A stretch of DNA of 64,000 bases from positions 2,728,001 through 2,792,000 of the forward strand of contig NC_043024.1 in the NCBI RefSeq assembly GCF_006345805.1. The letters are read 5' to 3'. Positions 60,082 to 64,000 of this stretch are shown here, in pieces. Both the position numbers and the translations under genes were made by a program. Under the pieces are notes generated by a model. The model saw nothing but the letters and a program-made list of their open reading frames with translations, did no database searches and was not told the origin of the DNA. The stretch is from Octopus sinensis. Lineage: Eukaryota. The first letter of the stretch is position 1. Each line of letters starts with the position of its first letter.

Positions 60082-60930
60082 CGATCAGATGGTGCTTTTT
60101 ACGTGCCACCGGCATGGGGGCCAGTCGAGGCTGGCAAATGGCCACAATCGGATTGATGCTTTTTACGTGCCACCGGCATGGGTCCCAGGCGAGGCTGGCA
60201 AACGGCCACGATCAGATGGTGCTTTTTACGTGCCACCGGCATGGGGGCCAGGCGAGGCTGGCAAACGGCCACGATCAGATGGTGCTTTTTACGTGCCACC
60301 GGCATGGGGGCCAGGCGAGGGTGGCAAACGGCCACGATCAGATGGTGCTTTTTACGTGCCACCGGCATGGGGGCCAGGCGAGGCTGGCAACGGCTACAAT
60401 CAGATGGTGCTTTTTACGTGCCACCGGCATGGGGGCCAGGCGAGGCTGGCAACGGCTACGATCAGATGGTGCTTTTTACGTGCCACCGGCATGGGGGCCA
60501 GGCGAGGCTGGCAAACGGCCACGATCAGATGGTGCTTTTTACGTGCCACCGGCATGGGGGCCAGGCGAGGCTGGCAAACGGCCACGATCAGATGGTGCTT
60601 TTTACGTGCCACCGGCATGGGGGCCAGGCGAGGGTGGCAAACGGCCACGATCAGATGGTGCTTTTTACGTGCCACCGGCATGGGGGCCAGGCGAGGCTGG
60701 CAACAGCTACAATCAGATGGTGCTTTTTACGTGCCACCGGCATGGGGGCCAGGCGAGGCTGGCAACGGCTACGATCAGATGGTGCTTTTTACGTGCCACC
60801 GGCATGGGGTCCAGGCGAGGCTGGCAAACGGCCACGATCAGAAGGTGCTTTTTACATGCCACCGGCATGGAGGCCAGGCGAGGCTGGCAACGGCCACGAT
60901 CAGATGGTGCTTTTTACATGCCACAGGCAC
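60082..60930. repeat. 62-63-bp minisatellite (about 14 units) expanded from the internal subrepeat of retroposon family 3
   Basis: Period of 63 measured at 60209/60272; contiguous with the family-3 body at 59865-60080. Confidence 0.9.
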
Positions 60931-62164
60931 GGGGGCCCATCGGGGCGGAGCTGACAACAGCCTGATTCAGAAAAACGTGTATTGAGGCAACTGGAATTTT
61001 GCATCAAGCTCATTCCAAAAGGTTTGTTTTTCTAGCCCTTATTCTTAGCAAATTTCTGCATATAATTTAGTAGACAAACAGCTTCAGAATCAAAATTGTG
61101 ATATACACCATGGCCTTGGGATTCTTAAGAATGCCGAAAGTGAAATAACCAAAGTGAGAAACTCGTTTAATATTTAATGAGATTCTGAAACAAATGAGTT
61201 GATTTAATGTTATTGAGGAACACCTGCCTCGAAAAGGTTGCAGGTTCCACCGTTTTTCAGATTATGTTGCTCCAGTTCACTCACCTGTACGAATGAGTTG
61301 TGATGCCACTGGTGCCAAGCTGTATCGGCCCCTTTTGCCTTTACCTTAGATAACCGGTGGTGTAGAAAGGGGAGGCTGGTATGCATGGGCGACTACTGGT
61401 TTTCCATAAACAACCTTGCCCAGACTTGTACCTCAGATGTGGAACTTTCCGGGTGCAATCCCATGGTCATCCTTGACCTAAGGGGCTTTTTATATTTTTA
61501 ACCTCTTCAGTCAGTTATACATCACATTTTATATTATAACATTTAAATACAAAGAAGCAGAAGAAAGAGAAAGGGTTTCCTTCCCTGAAATATCATCATC
61601 ATCATCATTGTTCGACCATGACTTCACAGTCCATCATGGCATTACGGAGGTCCTGTTGCTGGATGCCTGTATCCCTGGAGATTACATCAGGGTAGGAAAG
61701 TGTGCGCCCTCTGGTATTGCGAGTAGATGGCTTCCAGAGGAGAAGAGTAGAAATTGCCTCTTTTTCAGCTCTACAACAATGTCCAGCAAACTGGACTCTC
61801 CTACCTTTCACAAGAGATGACACAGGTGGTAGTTTCCCATATATTTGCATATTCCCTGAAATATACCTAACACAGTTGAGAGGGGTTTTTTTTTCCTTTT
61901 CTTTTGTCTTACAAGTTACACGGCAACTTCACTAATACCATTGTCACAAAAGCTCTCAGAACTCAATGTAAAGTGGTTGGCATTAGGAAGATTATCCAGC
62001 TGTAGAAACCATACCAAGGCTGATGCTGGAACTTGATGCAGTTCTATGGCTTATCAGATCATCCAACTCATGCCAGCATGGAAAATGAACATTAAATGAT
62101 GATACTGATGTAGAATTCACTGATTTGGTCAATCAACATCATCACCATTGTTTAATGCCTACAA

Positions 62165-62500
62165 AAAATACATTTGAAGGAAATACAAGAAATATTACAA
62201 AACATTAAGAAGCATTTTAAAAATTACAAAAATGGTAAAGAAGGTTGGGAGGGTGGCTGGGTAATCAAAAGATTAGGTAATGTAATGTATTTAATTAAAG
62301 GACAATGTTCAGAACATAAGAGACACCTTAACCAGTTAAAGATGAGATATACAGAAGAATGAAGGGTAATACCAATGGAAGTTTTCTATGAGCTGTTTGA
62401 AGTGCCAGCACTGAAAGATATTGAACCCTGTAGAACTAGCTTCAGAGAACGAAAACAGACTGAAAATCTGGAAGTAATATCTAAACGGAAAAGATATTAA
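62165..62500 (+). mobile_element. Gypsy-like LTR retrotransposon integrase C-terminal remnant
   Basis: GWVIKRLGNVMYLIKGQCSEHKRHLNQLK resembles the post-integrase GPY-like region. Confidence 0.5.
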
Positions 62501-63130
62501 ATTTCCAAAAAACAAGGGTGCTTAATACAATGAAAAGAAAAAGTGGTGTAACAGACAATACTACCTTAAAAGTGTTTCTTGAGTAACGCTGTGATGGACT
62601 GGCATCCCGTCCAGCTGGGGGGAACACATACGCCACAGAAACTGGGCCCATGAGCCTGGTTAGGCTTGAAAAGGGCGACGATTTGATGTACAGGGTCCAC
62701 AAAATGTCTTTCATGGACCACTATTAAATATGTATGTATAGCTAAAGTGCATATCTGTTTAAATAGAAGCATTTCATTGGTGCATATTTAATGCATTGGT
62801 TCTTAAATTAACAAACACTGCATCATCTCCATCGCAAATATTAGTGAAATATTTCGGTGACCCACTCCTCTTTATTAATAAAAAGACAAAACAGATTTTG
62901 CATCCATGTAATTCTGCTTTGTTTGCCATGATGTTGGACAAATTTAAAAAGTTGGAAACCATCTTAATATCATTAAACACAGCAGCTTGTCTACCCCTTT
63001 GCAGTTCTCATAAGCCCCACCAAACCAGAAGGGGGTTATAGGTTACATTATGGTTAAATTGTTCTAACTCAATGAGACAATGTACTAAGCACTAGTCATA
63101 ACACTGTGGAGCAAAATTTATATATATATA

Positions 63131-63515
63131 CTAGCAGCATAGCCCGGCGTTGCCCGGGTATGTAAGAGCCCCTAGTAGGCAACGACTAATCCCAATCTAG
63201 TTCTTTCCCTCTAGGGAACGAAGGCGCATGGTGTAGGTTGCAATGTCTTCTCTTCACTCAAATACTTCTATGTATACGATGTTCCTAGCTGTCTCCCGAC
63301 AGAAAATGTGTTGCATATAAAAAGCTTAGATTCTCGACCCCATGTTGAATTTATTGATTTTTTTTCAAAACTGGGGGAACTTTTCAAAATTTTCGCTGCG
63401 TTAGTTTTGAATTATGACATTGGGCTATGTGTGTGTCAAGTTTCATCAGAATCGGTTGAAAGCCGTGGTCAGGGTGAGGGTACAACCTGACAGCCACACA
63501 GACAGACGAACTGCC

Positions 63516-63530
<15 letters not shown>
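63131..63530 (-). mobile_element. Non-autonomous Helitron
   Basis: 3' end cccgggcaacgccgggctatgctgCTAG|T on minus; 5' end lost in (TA)n. Confidence 0.75.
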
Positions 63531-63561
<31 letters not shown>

Positions 63562-64000
63562 GTCTCTGGTCAGTAAGTGTTATATCCTATTTGCTTCTAT
63601 CTAGAAGTGACTACTATTCCCTTCAAACTTTGCTTTTCTGACCTGGACTTCAATGTTTTGAAACTGGCCTGTTTTCCATTACATTTCAGACAGACTCAGA
63701 GCTGAGTTGCTGAAGCAGAAATATCATTATAGCAAATATTCTGCTCAATACCACAGATTTGCTTTGTCAGTTGCTTGAGTATGTCCCTTGGTGACTGACA
63801 ATATATCTCTGGTCAAGAGCAGGGGTTTGTGGGGGAGAAACATAACCATGTGTTGAGAGGCTCTTTGCAGTATGAATAAATGTAACGAGAGCAAAGTTTG
63901 AAGGCAATATTAACTATTTTTCATACTTTCTATAGGGTAAGCATATAGGAAATAACAGTTGCTACTCAAGGACAAAAATCGTGTGACATGGTGCAATCAA

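Overview
Eukaryotic, AT-rich, repeat-saturated window. The SINE families, the microsatellite load and an intronless C2H2 array point to an Octopus-like coleoid cephalopod genome (inference from memory, not a database match). The ORF track misses the main feature: two divergently oriented, 5-exon paralogous genes for small secreted Cys-rich proteins, rebuilt by hand from GT/AG splice sites. Gene A is on the minus strand (ATG 17916, 129 aa) and gene B on the plus strand (ATG 37535, 146 aa). Both have a 17-aa signal-peptide exon, then phase-1 exons that each encode one pacifastin/VWC-like C-x16-C-x2-C-x-C-x7-C-x4-C module or a degenerate version, then a non-coding last exon. Promoters (TATA plus a TAATCC-site array), signal exons and 3'UTR exons are nearly identical between paralogs, while the mature modules are highly divergent. 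Two more copies of the 3'UTR exon at 1.6 and 3.1 kb imply a third paralog upstream of the window. The window also holds a 13-finger C2H2 zinc-finger ORF (52975-54078), two hammerhead ribozyme motifs and R4/Dong LINEs nested in (TAA)n. Other repeats include RTE LINE fragments, Tc1/mariner relics, non-autonomous Helitrons, hAT-like MITE/foldback elements, three or more SINE families, several minisatellites and a 194-bp palindrome. All identities and copy counts are by eye.
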